A DNA stretch of 33,752 bases. It comes from Candidatus Woesearchaeota archaeon (GTDB lineage: Archaea; Nanobdellota; Nanobdellia; Woesearchaeales; JAADFO01). The notes under the pieces were generated by a model. That model was not told the DNA's origin. It made no database searches and saw only the letters and a program-made list of their open reading frames with translations. This document shows, piece by piece, positions 7,963 to 17,302 of this stretch. A program made the translations under genes and the position numbers. Within the stretch, counting starts at the first letter, position 1; each line of letters opens with the position of its first letter. Location of the stretch: positions 1 to 33,752 of the forward strand of contig JAFGPE010000046.1 in the NCBI GenBank assembly GCA_016926055.1, read 5' to 3'.

Positions 7963-8724
7963 ATGAATAGTCAAAAAATAGAAAATAAAGATTTGTTAAT
8001 CAATTCGGAAATTGCTGAACTCTTAGGTGTGTTTATAGGAGATGGCTGGATTGAAAGGGATAAAGACGCACTTTACATAACTGGAAGCCAAACTGAAGAT
8101 AAAGATTATTATGATTATCACCTAGGACCATTATTTTCTAAGCATTTCTCAAAGGTAACTCCTAAGCAATTTGATTATTGGGGAGTTTATGGAATTGTAA
8201 CCTATAAAAAAGAAGCCATTAACAAAGCAATAAACCTCGATTTCCAAGTGGGACGCAAGTCTTTAGTTACAAAAATTCCTCGATACATAATGGATGCAGA
8301 AAATAAAGATATTTTTAAAGCTATTTTAAGGGGTTTATTTGATACAGATGGTTGTTTTTGGTGTGAAAAGTCAAGAGCTAAAACATCTACAAAATGGAAA
8401 AGAACACACAATTATCATCCTGAACTGAGGATTACTTCGTGTTCCAAGATGTTATTAGAGCAAGTTCATTGCTTATTAGACAGACTAGATATTGATTCTA
8501 AGGTTATTCAAAAAAGCAGAAGGGGTTTCAAAAGCGGAAGAAACGTACATGATTCTTACGCTTTGAATATCAGAAAGATTGAGGAAATTGAAAAATGGTT
8601 CAAGATTATTGGAACTAATAACCCCCGACATAAAACAAGATGTGGTGTCTGGAAGAAACTCGGTTATTTGCCATCAAACACAACAATGGAGATGAGGAAA
8701 AAGTTGTTAAACGTTAATAGGTGA
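7963..8724 (+). CDS. Free-standing two-motif LAGLIDADG (DOD-type) homing endonuclease
   Basis: Motifs AELLGVFIGDG and AILRGLFDTDG, both with the terminal acidic residue. No intein splicing blocks. Visibly more AT-rich than flanking housekeeping genes. Confidence 0.9.
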   Translation: MNSQKIENKDLLINSEIAELLGVFIGDGWIERDKDALYITGSQTEDKDYYDYHLGPLFSKHFSKVTPKQFDYWGVYGIVTYKKEAINKAINLDFQVGRKSLVTKIPRYIMDAENKDIFKAILRGLFDTDGCFWCEKSRAKTSTKWKRTHNYHPELRITSCSKMLLEQVHCLLDRLDIDSKVIQKSRRGFKSGRNVHDSYALNIRKIEEIEKWFKIIGTNNPRHKTRCGVWKKLGYLPSNTTMEMRKKLLNVNR

Positions 8725-8827
8725 GGTCCCATCCCCTCAGTTTACGAATGGGATGAATTAATCATTGTTTCCCGTTAAACTGGGCCATTGAAAATAGAGG
8801 ACAAGAAATTTTTTAAGCAATAATTAT

Positions 8828-8835
8828 TTAAATAA
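8828..8835 (+). promoter_or_regulatory. TATA box of the second tRNA-Leu locus
   Basis: TTTAAATA about 25 nt upstream of 8860. TTAATTCTC lies just before the duplicated 5' end at both tRNA loci. Confidence 0.55.
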
Positions 8836-8859
8836 AACCGAAACACTATTAATTCTCTT

Positions 8860-8922
8860 GCGAGGATGCCGGTAGTGGAAATCTGTGATTTCCGGACCGT
8901 CATCTTCTCAACCCGAAGGTCT
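8860..8922 (+). repeat. Duplicated tRNA-Leu 5' end (13 nt) followed by a structured insert
   Basis: GCGAGGATGCCGG at 8860-8872 is identical to 8923-8935. It is followed by hairpin GGAAATC-TGT-GATTTCC, then CCGGAC, and CATCTTC complementary to GAGGATG. Confidence 0.7.
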
Positions 8923-9025
8923 GCGAGGATGCCGGAGCGGCCAATGACAGAAATGTCGGCCATACGGGCTAGGTTCAGGGCCTAGTGGCTTAGTGCCTAC
9001 GGGGGTTCGAATCCCCTTTCTCGCA
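8923..9025 (+). tRNA. tRNA-Leu(CAG) with a 19-nt D-loop intron (8945-8963)
   Basis: Acceptor GCGAGGA/TTCTCGC with A73; anticodon arm CTAGG-TTCAGGG-CCTAG. Intron motif is helix GGCC/GGCC, bulges AA^T and AT^A, inner GACA-GAAA-TGTC. Splicing restores GGCCAAACGG as in the first tRNA. A T-run follows. Confidence 0.93.
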
Positions 9026-9066
9026 TTTTTTCTTTAGTAACCTATTTAAATAAGTATAAACTCTAG

Positions 9067-10445
<1,379 letters not shown>

Positions 10446-10483
10446 ACCGCAACATATATTAATCCCTCTGTAAACACAAAAAT

Positions 10484-11371
10484 ATGCTTAAAACAACATT
10501 TTTTGGAAAGGGGCTGAAAAATCCGTTGGTTCTTGCATCTGGCATTCTTGGAACAGGCTCAGATATCCTCAACAGGGTCGGAAAATATGCGGGCCTAGTA
10601 ACAACAAAGTCGATAGGCCCTGTTGAAAGACTGGGAAATAAAAATCCCTGTGTTCTTGAGGTGGCTGGCGGCATTATTAACTGCGTTGGCTTGCCGAGTC
10701 CGGGATATCTTCACTTAGAAGAGGAAATTCATGGAATAAACACGCCCTGGATTGCAAGCATATATGGTCATTCTGTCGGGGATTTTGTCAAAATAGCTAA
10801 GCACGTTTCCGGATTTAATCCTGATTTCATAGAGCTGAACATGTCCTGCCCGAACACTTCAGACGGAATGGCCTTTGCAACAAATAAGGATGCTTCAATC
10901 GAACTTGTGAAAGAGGTAAAAAAAACCACAAAGATAAGGGTCATCGCGAAATTGACTCCCAATGTGACAAACATCGTTGAGATTGCGAAGTCTGTTGAGA
11001 GCGCTGGAGCTGATGCAATCACTGCAATAAACTCTGTCGGCCCGGGAATGATAATAAACGCGGATGTTAAAAAACCTGTTCTCTCGTTCAAGACAGGCGG
11101 CCTTACAGGACCAATGATAAAGCCTATTGCACTAAGATGTGTTTATCAGATTTATGAGAATGTAAAGATTCCAATTATCGGTACAGGCGGGATTTTAACA
11201 GGAACTGATGCTGTTGAAATGATGATGGCTGGAGCATCATTGGTCGGGATAGGTTCAGCAACTTATAAAGAAGGGGTCAACGCCTTTGCAAGAATCGCAA
11301 AGGAGCTTGAATCATGGATGAAAGCTAATGGCTACAAAGAGGTGAAGGAGCTCGTAGGGATTGCTCACTAG
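10484..11371 (+). CDS. pyrD: Dihydroorotate dehydrogenase family 1B catalytic subunit
   Basis: NPLVLASG, ELNMSCPN, KLTPN and GTGGI motifs. Confidence 0.96.
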   Translation: MLKTTFFGKGLKNPLVLASGILGTGSDILNRVGKYAGLVTTKSIGPVERLGNKNPCVLEVAGGIINCVGLPSPGYLHLEEEIHGINTPWIASIYGHSVGDFVKIAKHVSGFNPDFIELNMSCPNTSDGMAFATNKDASIELVKEVKKTTKIRVIAKLTPNVTNIVEIAKSVESAGADAITAINSVGPGMIINADVKKPVLSFKTGGLTGPMIKPIALRCVYQIYENVKIPIIGTGGILTGTDAVEMMMAGASLVGIGSATYKEGVNAFARIAKELESWMKANGYKEVKELVGIAH

Positions 11372-12148
11372 ATGGACCAACCAAAAACTTGCAGAATAAA
11401 AAGAATAGTTGAGGAGAACCCGCTTACAAGAACCTATTTTCTGGATTGCAACATGAAGATATCTCCGGGGCAATTTCTGATGCTCTGGATTCCGGGAGTG
11501 GATGAGAAGCCTTTCGTATGCTCGTATTCTGGAAAGGAAACAGGAATAACAGTTGAGAAAAAAGGAAAATTCACAGAGAAGCTTTTCATGATGAAAAAAG
11601 GTGATTTGGTTGGAATAAGAGGGCCGTATGGAAACGGCTTCACAAAAAAGAAAAACGCAATTGCTTTGGGGGGAGGTCTTGGAGCCGCTCCAATCGCGTC
11701 GCTGATAGATGAGTTTGGCTGTGACGGAATAATCGGAGCGCATACCAAATCAAATCTTCTTTTCCTTAGCAGATTTAAGAAAAAGGTGCAATACTCAACT
11801 TCAGACGGAAGCTATGGCTTCAAGGGAAGGCCCACTGCGTTGCTTGAGAAGAAGCTTTCCGAGAAGAAATATGATGTGGTGTACTGTTGCGGACCAGAGG
11901 GAATGATGAAAGCGGTAATTGAGATTTGCAGAAAATACAAAGTAGAATGCGAGGTTTCTCTTGAAAGATACATGCGCTGCGGCTTTGGAGTCTGCGGTGC
12001 CTGCGCATGCAATGACAGATTAGTCTGCAAGGACGGTCCTGTCTTTAACTCAAGGCAATTATCAGGGATGAGCGATTTCGGCAACAAAGGGATGATCAAG
12101 TCAGGAAAAAAGGTTCCATTGAGTGAATATTTTGCGTGGAGAGAATGA
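11372..12148 (+). CDS. pyrK: Dihydroorotate dehydrogenase electron transfer subunit
   Basis: PGQFLMLW, RGPYGNGF, CGPEGM and the CGFGVCGAC..C 2Fe-2S motif. Confidence 0.95.
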   Translation: MDQPKTCRIKRIVEENPLTRTYFLDCNMKISPGQFLMLWIPGVDEKPFVCSYSGKETGITVEKKGKFTEKLFMMKKGDLVGIRGPYGNGFTKKKNAIALGGGLGAAPIASLIDEFGCDGIIGAHTKSNLLFLSRFKKKVQYSTSDGSYGFKGRPTALLEKKLSEKKYDVVYCCGPEGMMKAVIEICRKYKVECEVSLERYMRCGFGVCGACACNDRLVCKDGPVFNSRQLSGMSDFGNKGMIKSGKKVPLSEYFAWRE

Positions 12149-13311
12149 TAATAACCGATGCAAGGATTCTTGAAAATGGTGTTTTAGTAAAGAAAGATAT
12201 TCTTATTATCGGCGGCAAGATAAAGAAGATTGCGCAAGGGATTGATTCTGATGAAAAAATAATTAATGCTGAAGGGTTAATTGCAATTCCGGGCATTATT
12301 GATTCTCACGTCCACTTCAGGGACTTTGAACAGAAGTACAAGGAGGACTTCTTCACAGGAAGCTGCGCTGCAGCAGCAGGAGGAATTACATCTGTCCTTG
12401 ATATGCCGAACAATAAGCCGCCTGTGCTCAGTGTTGATGATTTGAATAAAAAAAGAGAGCTTGCGAAGAAATCTGTTGTTAATTATGGATTTTATTTCGG
12501 CACAGACGGAAATAATATTCCTGAGATAAAAAAAGCAAAAAACATTGCAGCTGTGAAGGTCTACATGGAGAGGACAACTGGCAACCTTGCTGTTGAGAAT
12601 GTTGAAAATGTTTTCAAGAACTGCAAAAGAATTGCTGTCCATGCAGAAGGGAAGAATGTCAGTAAGGCGATAGAATTAGCTAAAAAATATAATAATTATC
12701 TTTATCTGTGCCACATCAGCACAAAGGAAGAGATTGAAATAATTAAAAGAGAAAAATCAAATAAGATATTTGCCGAGGCGACACCTCATCACCTGTTCCT
12801 GAAAAGCAACAATACTCCATTCTGCTTGATGAAGCCGGAATTAAAATCTGCTGCAGATGTTAAAGCATTGTGGGATGGAATTGATTTGGGAATAATTGAC
12901 ACAATCGGCTCGGACCACGCTCCCCATGCTGTGGAAGAAAAGAAGTCCGGAGGATGCTATGGTATCCCTGGAGTTGAAACGTTATTGCCATTGTTATTAA
13001 ATGCCATTAATGAAAAAAGATTAACACTGAAAAAAGTGATTCAACTATGCTGCGAGAACCCTGTGAGGATTTTCGGGATAAAGAACAAGGGATTTTTGAA
13101 GGAAGGATATGATGCTGATATTGTTCTTGTTGACATAAACAGGATAAAAGAGGTCAAGAATTCAGGGCTTTTCACAAAATGCAAATGGTCTCCGTTCGAT
13201 GGGATGAAGCTAAGAGGATGGCCAGTAATGACGATTGTGAACGGGAATGTTGTGTTTGACAATGGGAAGATAAATGATATTAAAGGTAAAAAGGTTGTGT
13301 TTTCTAGATGA
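12145..13311 (+). CDS. pyrC: Dihydroorotase
   Basis: IDSHVHFR, DMPN and GSDHAPH motifs. ATG at 12145 overlaps the pyrK stop (ATGA). Confidence 0.95.
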   Translation: MIITDARILENGVLVKKDILIIGGKIKKIAQGIDSDEKIINAEGLIAIPGIIDSHVHFRDFEQKYKEDFFTGSCAAAAGGITSVLDMPNNKPPVLSVDDLNKKRELAKKSVVNYGFYFGTDGNNIPEIKKAKNIAAVKVYMERTTGNLAVENVENVFKNCKRIAVHAEGKNVSKAIELAKKYNNYLYLCHISTKEEIEIIKREKSNKIFAEATPHHLFLKSNNTPFCLMKPELKSAADVKALWDGIDLGIIDTIGSDHAPHAVEEKKSGGCYGIPGVETLLPLLLNAINEKRLTLKKVIQLCCENPVRIFGIKNKGFLKEGYDADIVLVDINRIKEVKNSGLFTKCKWSPFDGMKLRGWPVMTIVNGNVVFDNGKINDIKGKKVVFSR

Positions 13312-13481
13312 AATTCAAAGATGATGAATGGTTAATTATTTCATAAAGGCAGGAAGAAAAAAAAGTTTGACAGAAGAATATTTTGAAGAGAATCAGATTA
13401 AAAATATTTCGAGAATTTTTTACGAAAAGATAAATCATATTGAATTATTCAATATTCAAGTTCCTGCTGAAAAAAGTTACT

Positions 13482-14486
13482 TTATCCTGTGCACTTGCAA
13501 CCATACGTTTGAAATTCATTCAAGTCCATTATTTTGTGAGGAACATTAAAGCCCCGAGGAGCTGAAACAAGAGCATTTCTTCCACAATAACCAAAAGGTC
13601 TATATTGCTCGTCTCTGAACGAATCAAAATTTTTTTCCCAAATATCCTTAAGTGATTCTTTATCAAGATTCCCAACAACAAAGTTTGCTGAAGGACAAGG
13701 CGTTACATCTCCATTGAATCTTAAGAATGCAATCGAATTACCGGCTGAACATCTATAAACATCCGGTCCGCCATCGCAGTCAAAAACATAAGGTATTTGT
13801 TCTGCTGCCACTCTGCCTCGATATTTTGAATTTAAAACTATTCCCTGAATAATCCTTATCAAATCTTCTTCTTTTACAAACAAATCAGGCCTCGATTCTG
13901 CTAGACCCTCTCTAACCAGACGCCTTAGCTTTATTTTATCATCAGGAAAATAATCGACCAAATCTTGGATACCGGCAACATTCTTGGCAGTAAGGGTGGT
14001 TGATATTTGCAACGGTACATGATATTTTTTACATAGGTTTATTGCATTCATTGCTGCCGAATATGCACCCGGCTCTCTAAGTTCATCATTTATCTTTATA
14101 TCCAATGAATCTAGGCTAACCTGTATCGCCACCCCCTCGTATTTCTGAATTTGACCTAAAAAAGCAGGTGTAACTTCACTACCATTTGTTGCAATTAAAG
14201 TCTTCAAGTCTTCATCAGAAATGGTTTTAACTATATCAACTAGATCTTCTCTTAAGAATGGTTCCCCTCCCGTCAAAACAATCTCCGCTGCACCCAACTC
14301 TTTTGCCTGTTTAACCAATTTCTTCACATATTCAAGAGAATGAATCATATTATCGGTGGGAGCAATAGTATCGTTTTCTCTTTGAAAATTTCTACAATAA
14401 TCGCAGGGCTTTATTCGATAGTTACAATTAGGAGTTACTTCAATGAATGCTCTATGTAACTTAGGTATTTTAGGTATTCCTTTCAT
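13482..14486 (-). CDS. Radical SAM protein with Twitch/SPASM-like C-terminal domain
   Basis: EVTPNCNYRIKPCDYC, LTGGEP, TNG, VSLD and CSAG...GDVTPC....GNL. Confidence 0.88.
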   Translation of the reverse strand: MKGIPKIPKLHRAFIEVTPNCNYRIKPCDYCRNFQRENDTIAPTDNMIHSLEYVKKLVKQAKELGAAEIVLTGGEPFLREDLVDIVKTISDEDLKTLIATNGSEVTPAFLGQIQKYEGVAIQVSLDSLDIKINDELREPGAYSAAMNAINLCKKYHVPLQISTTLTAKNVAGIQDLVDYFPDDKIKLRRLVREGLAESRPDLFVKEEDLIRIIQGIVLNSKYRGRVAAEQIPYVFDCDGGPDVYRCSAGNSIAFLRFNGDVTPCPSANFVVGNLDKESLKDIWEKNFDSFRDEQYRPFGYCGRNALVSAPRGFNVPHKIMDLNEFQTYGCKCTG

Positions 14487-14521
14487 TCTAAACAGTTAAT
14501 AAGAAAACATTTTTAAACCTA

Positions 14522-14544
14522 TGTGGTGAAGACCATTCACCACA
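14522..14544. promoter_or_regulatory. Operator palindrome between the divergent radical SAM and TrmB genes
   Basis: Perfect IR TGTGGTGAA-N5-TTCACCACA flanked by divergent TATA-like boxes. Confidence 0.75.
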
Positions 14545-14577
14545 AAACTTAAATAGATGGATGGATTTTATCAACGC

Positions 14578-15321
14578 ATGAGTCAAGAAGAGCTTGAAAA
14601 GCTAGGATTAAGCCCCAATGAGTCAAAGATATATCTTGCTTTGCTTGAGATTGGCTCATCCACTGCAGACAAGATATCACAAAAATCTGGAATCCACAGA
14701 AGAACTGTATATGACAATATTGAAAAGCTCATGAACAAGGGGCTGATCAATTACATAATCAGGGCAAACAAGAAATACTTCGAGGCAACAGATCCCAATA
14801 AACTAAATGACATTCTCAAGGAAAAGAAGGAGATGATTGAAGACCAGGAGAATATTTTGAAGAGAATCATGCCTGAGCTTATTCTTGCGCAGAAAATGTC
14901 TAAAGACAAGCAGGAAGTAAATGTCTACAAGGGAAAGGAAGGGATAAAGACAATACTGTGGGACATTCTAAGGGAAAGAAAGCCTAATTGCGTGATAGGC
15001 GCCCATTCAAGAGAGGAATTCAAGGACATGCTCGAAAAGTTCCATGACGAGAGAATCAAATTAAAAATCCCGAATAGAATGATATTCAAAAAAGAGGATA
15101 TTGAAAGGGCAAAACACTTCAGAGAAAGATCCTTCACAGAAGTAAGAGTAATTCCAACAGAATACAGTTCTCCAATCGCGATAAATATCTATGACAACAA
15201 GGTAGCATTTCTGATTCGCTCTGTGAAAAATCCATTGGGAATCCTGATAAATAATAAGGATACTTCAGATGAATTCAGGACATATTTTGAGATGCTTTGG
15301 AATAATTGTGAAAAGATTTAA
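14578..15321 (+). CDS. TrmB-family transcriptional regulator
   Basis: LEKLGLSPNESKIYLALL wHTH, YKGKEG linker and effector domain. Start moved to 14578 because CTTAAATA at 14548-55 predicts a leaderless start there. Confidence 0.88.
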   Translation: MSQEELEKLGLSPNESKIYLALLEIGSSTADKISQKSGIHRRTVYDNIEKLMNKGLINYIIRANKKYFEATDPNKLNDILKEKKEMIEDQENILKRIMPELILAQKMSKDKQEVNVYKGKEGIKTILWDILRERKPNCVIGAHSREEFKDMLEKFHDERIKLKIPNRMIFKKEDIERAKHFRERSFTEVRVIPTEYSSPIAINIYDNKVAFLIRSVKNPLGILINNKDTSDEFRTYFEMLWNNCEKI

Positions 15322-15346
15322 AAATCTCCAGGATATCCAAAGAAAT

Positions 15347-15991
15347 ATGGGGGGAGATACGGCAGAAACTGTTGCAAAGATACTTCTTGAGATAAATGCT
15401 GTTACCTTAAACTATCAAAAGCCGTATCGTTACGCCTCAGGGATACTGAGCCCGATTTACTGTGATAATCGTCTGTTAATGAGCTATCCTGAAAAGAGAA
15501 AAAAGATTATTGAATTCTTTGCAGAGGCTGTGAAAAACATTCAGTTGGAAATAATCTGTGGTACAGAATCAGCAGGAATTCCACATGCAGCTTGGCTTTC
15601 TGAAAAGCTGAACAAGCCGATGATATTCGTAAGAAAAAAAGCAAAGGGTTATGGAAAGGAAAATCTCATCGAGGGAAAGCTTGAGAAAGGCCAAAAAGTT
15701 GTTGTAATTGAGGATTTAATCTCTACAGGAGGGAGCTCTGTTGCAGCAGTACAGGGAGTAAGGGACCAGGGAGGCACAGTTGAATATTGCATTGCGATAT
15801 TCACGTACGAAATGGAAAAGGCAAAAAAGCTGTTTGAAGAATCAAACTGCAAACTCATCACCTTGTCTAATTTCTCGACTCTTGTCAGTGTTGCTGAGAA
15901 GATGGGAAAGATTACTGAAGAAGAGAAAAAGAAGATACTTGAGTGGAACAAAAATCCATCGGAATGGGGAAGACTGATGGGGTTTGAATAA
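15347..15991 (+). CDS. pyrE: Orotate phosphoribosyltransferase
   Basis: SGILSPIYCDNR, VRKKAK and the VIEDLISTGGS PRPP motif. The start at 15347 avoids overlap with trmB. Confidence 0.95.
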   Translation: MGGDTAETVAKILLEINAVTLNYQKPYRYASGILSPIYCDNRLLMSYPEKRKKIIEFFAEAVKNIQLEIICGTESAGIPHAAWLSEKLNKPMIFVRKKAKGYGKENLIEGKLEKGQKVVVIEDLISTGGSSVAAVQGVRDQGGTVEYCIAIFTYEMEKAKKLFEESNCKLITLSNFSTLVSVAEKMGKITEEEKKKILEWNKNPSEWGRLMGFE

Positions 15992-16136
15992 CGGAAATTT
16001 CCGATAATAACAATCTTGCAAAAAAAGAGGGATTAAAGGTCATTGTCAGGGGAGAGGACTCACAAGGGTATCTCTCCTCGGATAATGGCTACATTCCATC
16101 AAAACAAATAAAAACCCCCTGACGTTTTCTGCGAAT

Positions 16137-16676
16137 ATGAAATTAAAGATAGGGGTAATGGCTGCGGCAGGCAATGTAAGCGACAGCCTGAAAAAGCTTG
16201 CTTTTAAAGTGGGAGAGGAGATTGCAAAGCAAGGCTGCACACTAATTACAGGCGCCACGACAGGATTGCCTTATGAGGCGGCAAAAGGCGCAAAAAAGCA
16301 AAATGGTCTTGTCATTGGCATAAGCCCTGCCAATAATGAAAGAGAGCACGCAGAAAGATATAGGATGCCCACTGACAACCACGACGCCATAATCTACACC
16401 GGGTTCGGCTATAAGGGTAGGAATGTTCTAAATATCAGAAGCAGCGATGCCATAATAGTAATCAATGGTTCTGTCGGAACACTGAATGAATTTACAATAG
16501 CGTTTGCAGAAGAAAGGTCCATCGGGGTGTTAGAGGGCTCTGGAGGGATAGCAGACATAATAAAAGACATAAGAAAACAATTTAATAATCAATTTAACAC
16601 GCCCATAATCTACGAAAAAGAACCCGAAGTGCTTGTAAAAAAACTTGTTAATCATTTAAATGGTGATGTAAAATGA
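16137..16676 (+). CDS. LOG/SLOG-family Rossmann-fold nucleotide-binding protein
   Basis: ITGATTGLP, GISP, RNVLNIRSSD and GSVGTLNE motifs. Confidence 0.85.
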   Translation: MKLKIGVMAAAGNVSDSLKKLAFKVGEEIAKQGCTLITGATTGLPYEAAKGAKKQNGLVIGISPANNEREHAERYRMPTDNHDAIIYTGFGYKGRNVLNIRSSDAIIVINGSVGTLNEFTIAFAEERSIGVLEGSGGIADIIKDIRKQFNNQFNTPIIYEKEPEVLVKKLVNHLNGDVK

Positions 16677-17302
16677 GAATAAAAATAGCACCGTCGATAT
16701 TGTCAGCGAATTTTGCCCATCTGCAGGATGATGTAGACAAGATAAGCAATGCAGATGTTCTCCACATTGATGTGATGGATGGCCATTTTGTGAACAACAT
16801 CACCATAGGGCCTGTTGTGATAAAGGACATCAAAACAAATCTGCTTAAAGAGTCACATCTCATGATTCAAAATCCTGGGAAATACATAAAGCCGTTTGTA
16901 GAGGCTGGCTCCCAAAGAATAATCTTTCATGCGGAAACTGTAAAGGATACTGAAGCGCTGATTGAGGAAATAAAGAAGCACAATGTGGAGGTGGGCGTTT
17001 CTTTGAATCCTGACTCGCCACTCTCGATGATAAAGCCCTACCTTGAAAAACTCGACATGGTTCTGCTGATGACTGTCTTCCCGGGATTTGGAGGTCAGAA
17101 ATTTATTGATTCTGTTGTACCGAAGATAAAGGAATTAAGAGGAATCTTTGAGAAAGACATTGAAGTGGATGGCGGGATAAACTTCGAGACAGCGAAAATC
17201 GCAGCAGAGGCAGGAGCCAATCTTCTTGTTGCAGGAAGCTTTGTCTTCAAAAACAAGGAGCATCTGCCTGCAAAAGTGGTGGAAATGCTAAAAAATATCT
17301 AG
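16673..17302 (+). CDS. rpe: Ribulose-phosphate 3-epimerase
   Basis: IAPSILSA, HIDVMDGHFV, MTVFPGFGGQ and VDGGI motifs. Confidence 0.97.
   Translation: MRIKIAPSILSANFAHLQDDVDKISNADVLHIDVMDGHFVNNITIGPVVIKDIKTNLLKESHLMIQNPGKYIKPFVEAGSQRIIFHAETVKDTEALIEEIKKHNVEVGVSLNPDSPLSMIKPYLEKLDMVLLMTVFPGFGGQKFIDSVVPKIKELRGIFEKDIEVDGGINFETAKIAAEAGANLLVAGSFVFKNKEHLPAKVVEMLKNI

Noticed and set aside
7963-8724. Intein or group I intron hosting the LAGLIDADG ORF
   Set aside because: There are no splicing blocks or host exteins. Both flanking tRNAs are complete by themselves, and I found no group I core.
7574-9025. Integrated element bounded by att sites in tRNA-Leu
   Set aside because: There is no integrase. 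The two tRNAs are different isoacceptors, and the duplicates are 5' fragments adjacent to their own genes.
13328-13549. 73-aa ORF as a precursor peptide for the radical SAM enzyme
   Set aside because: It is convergent with and overlaps the enzyme's 3' end and has no leader/core pattern. It may be a decayed gene fragment.
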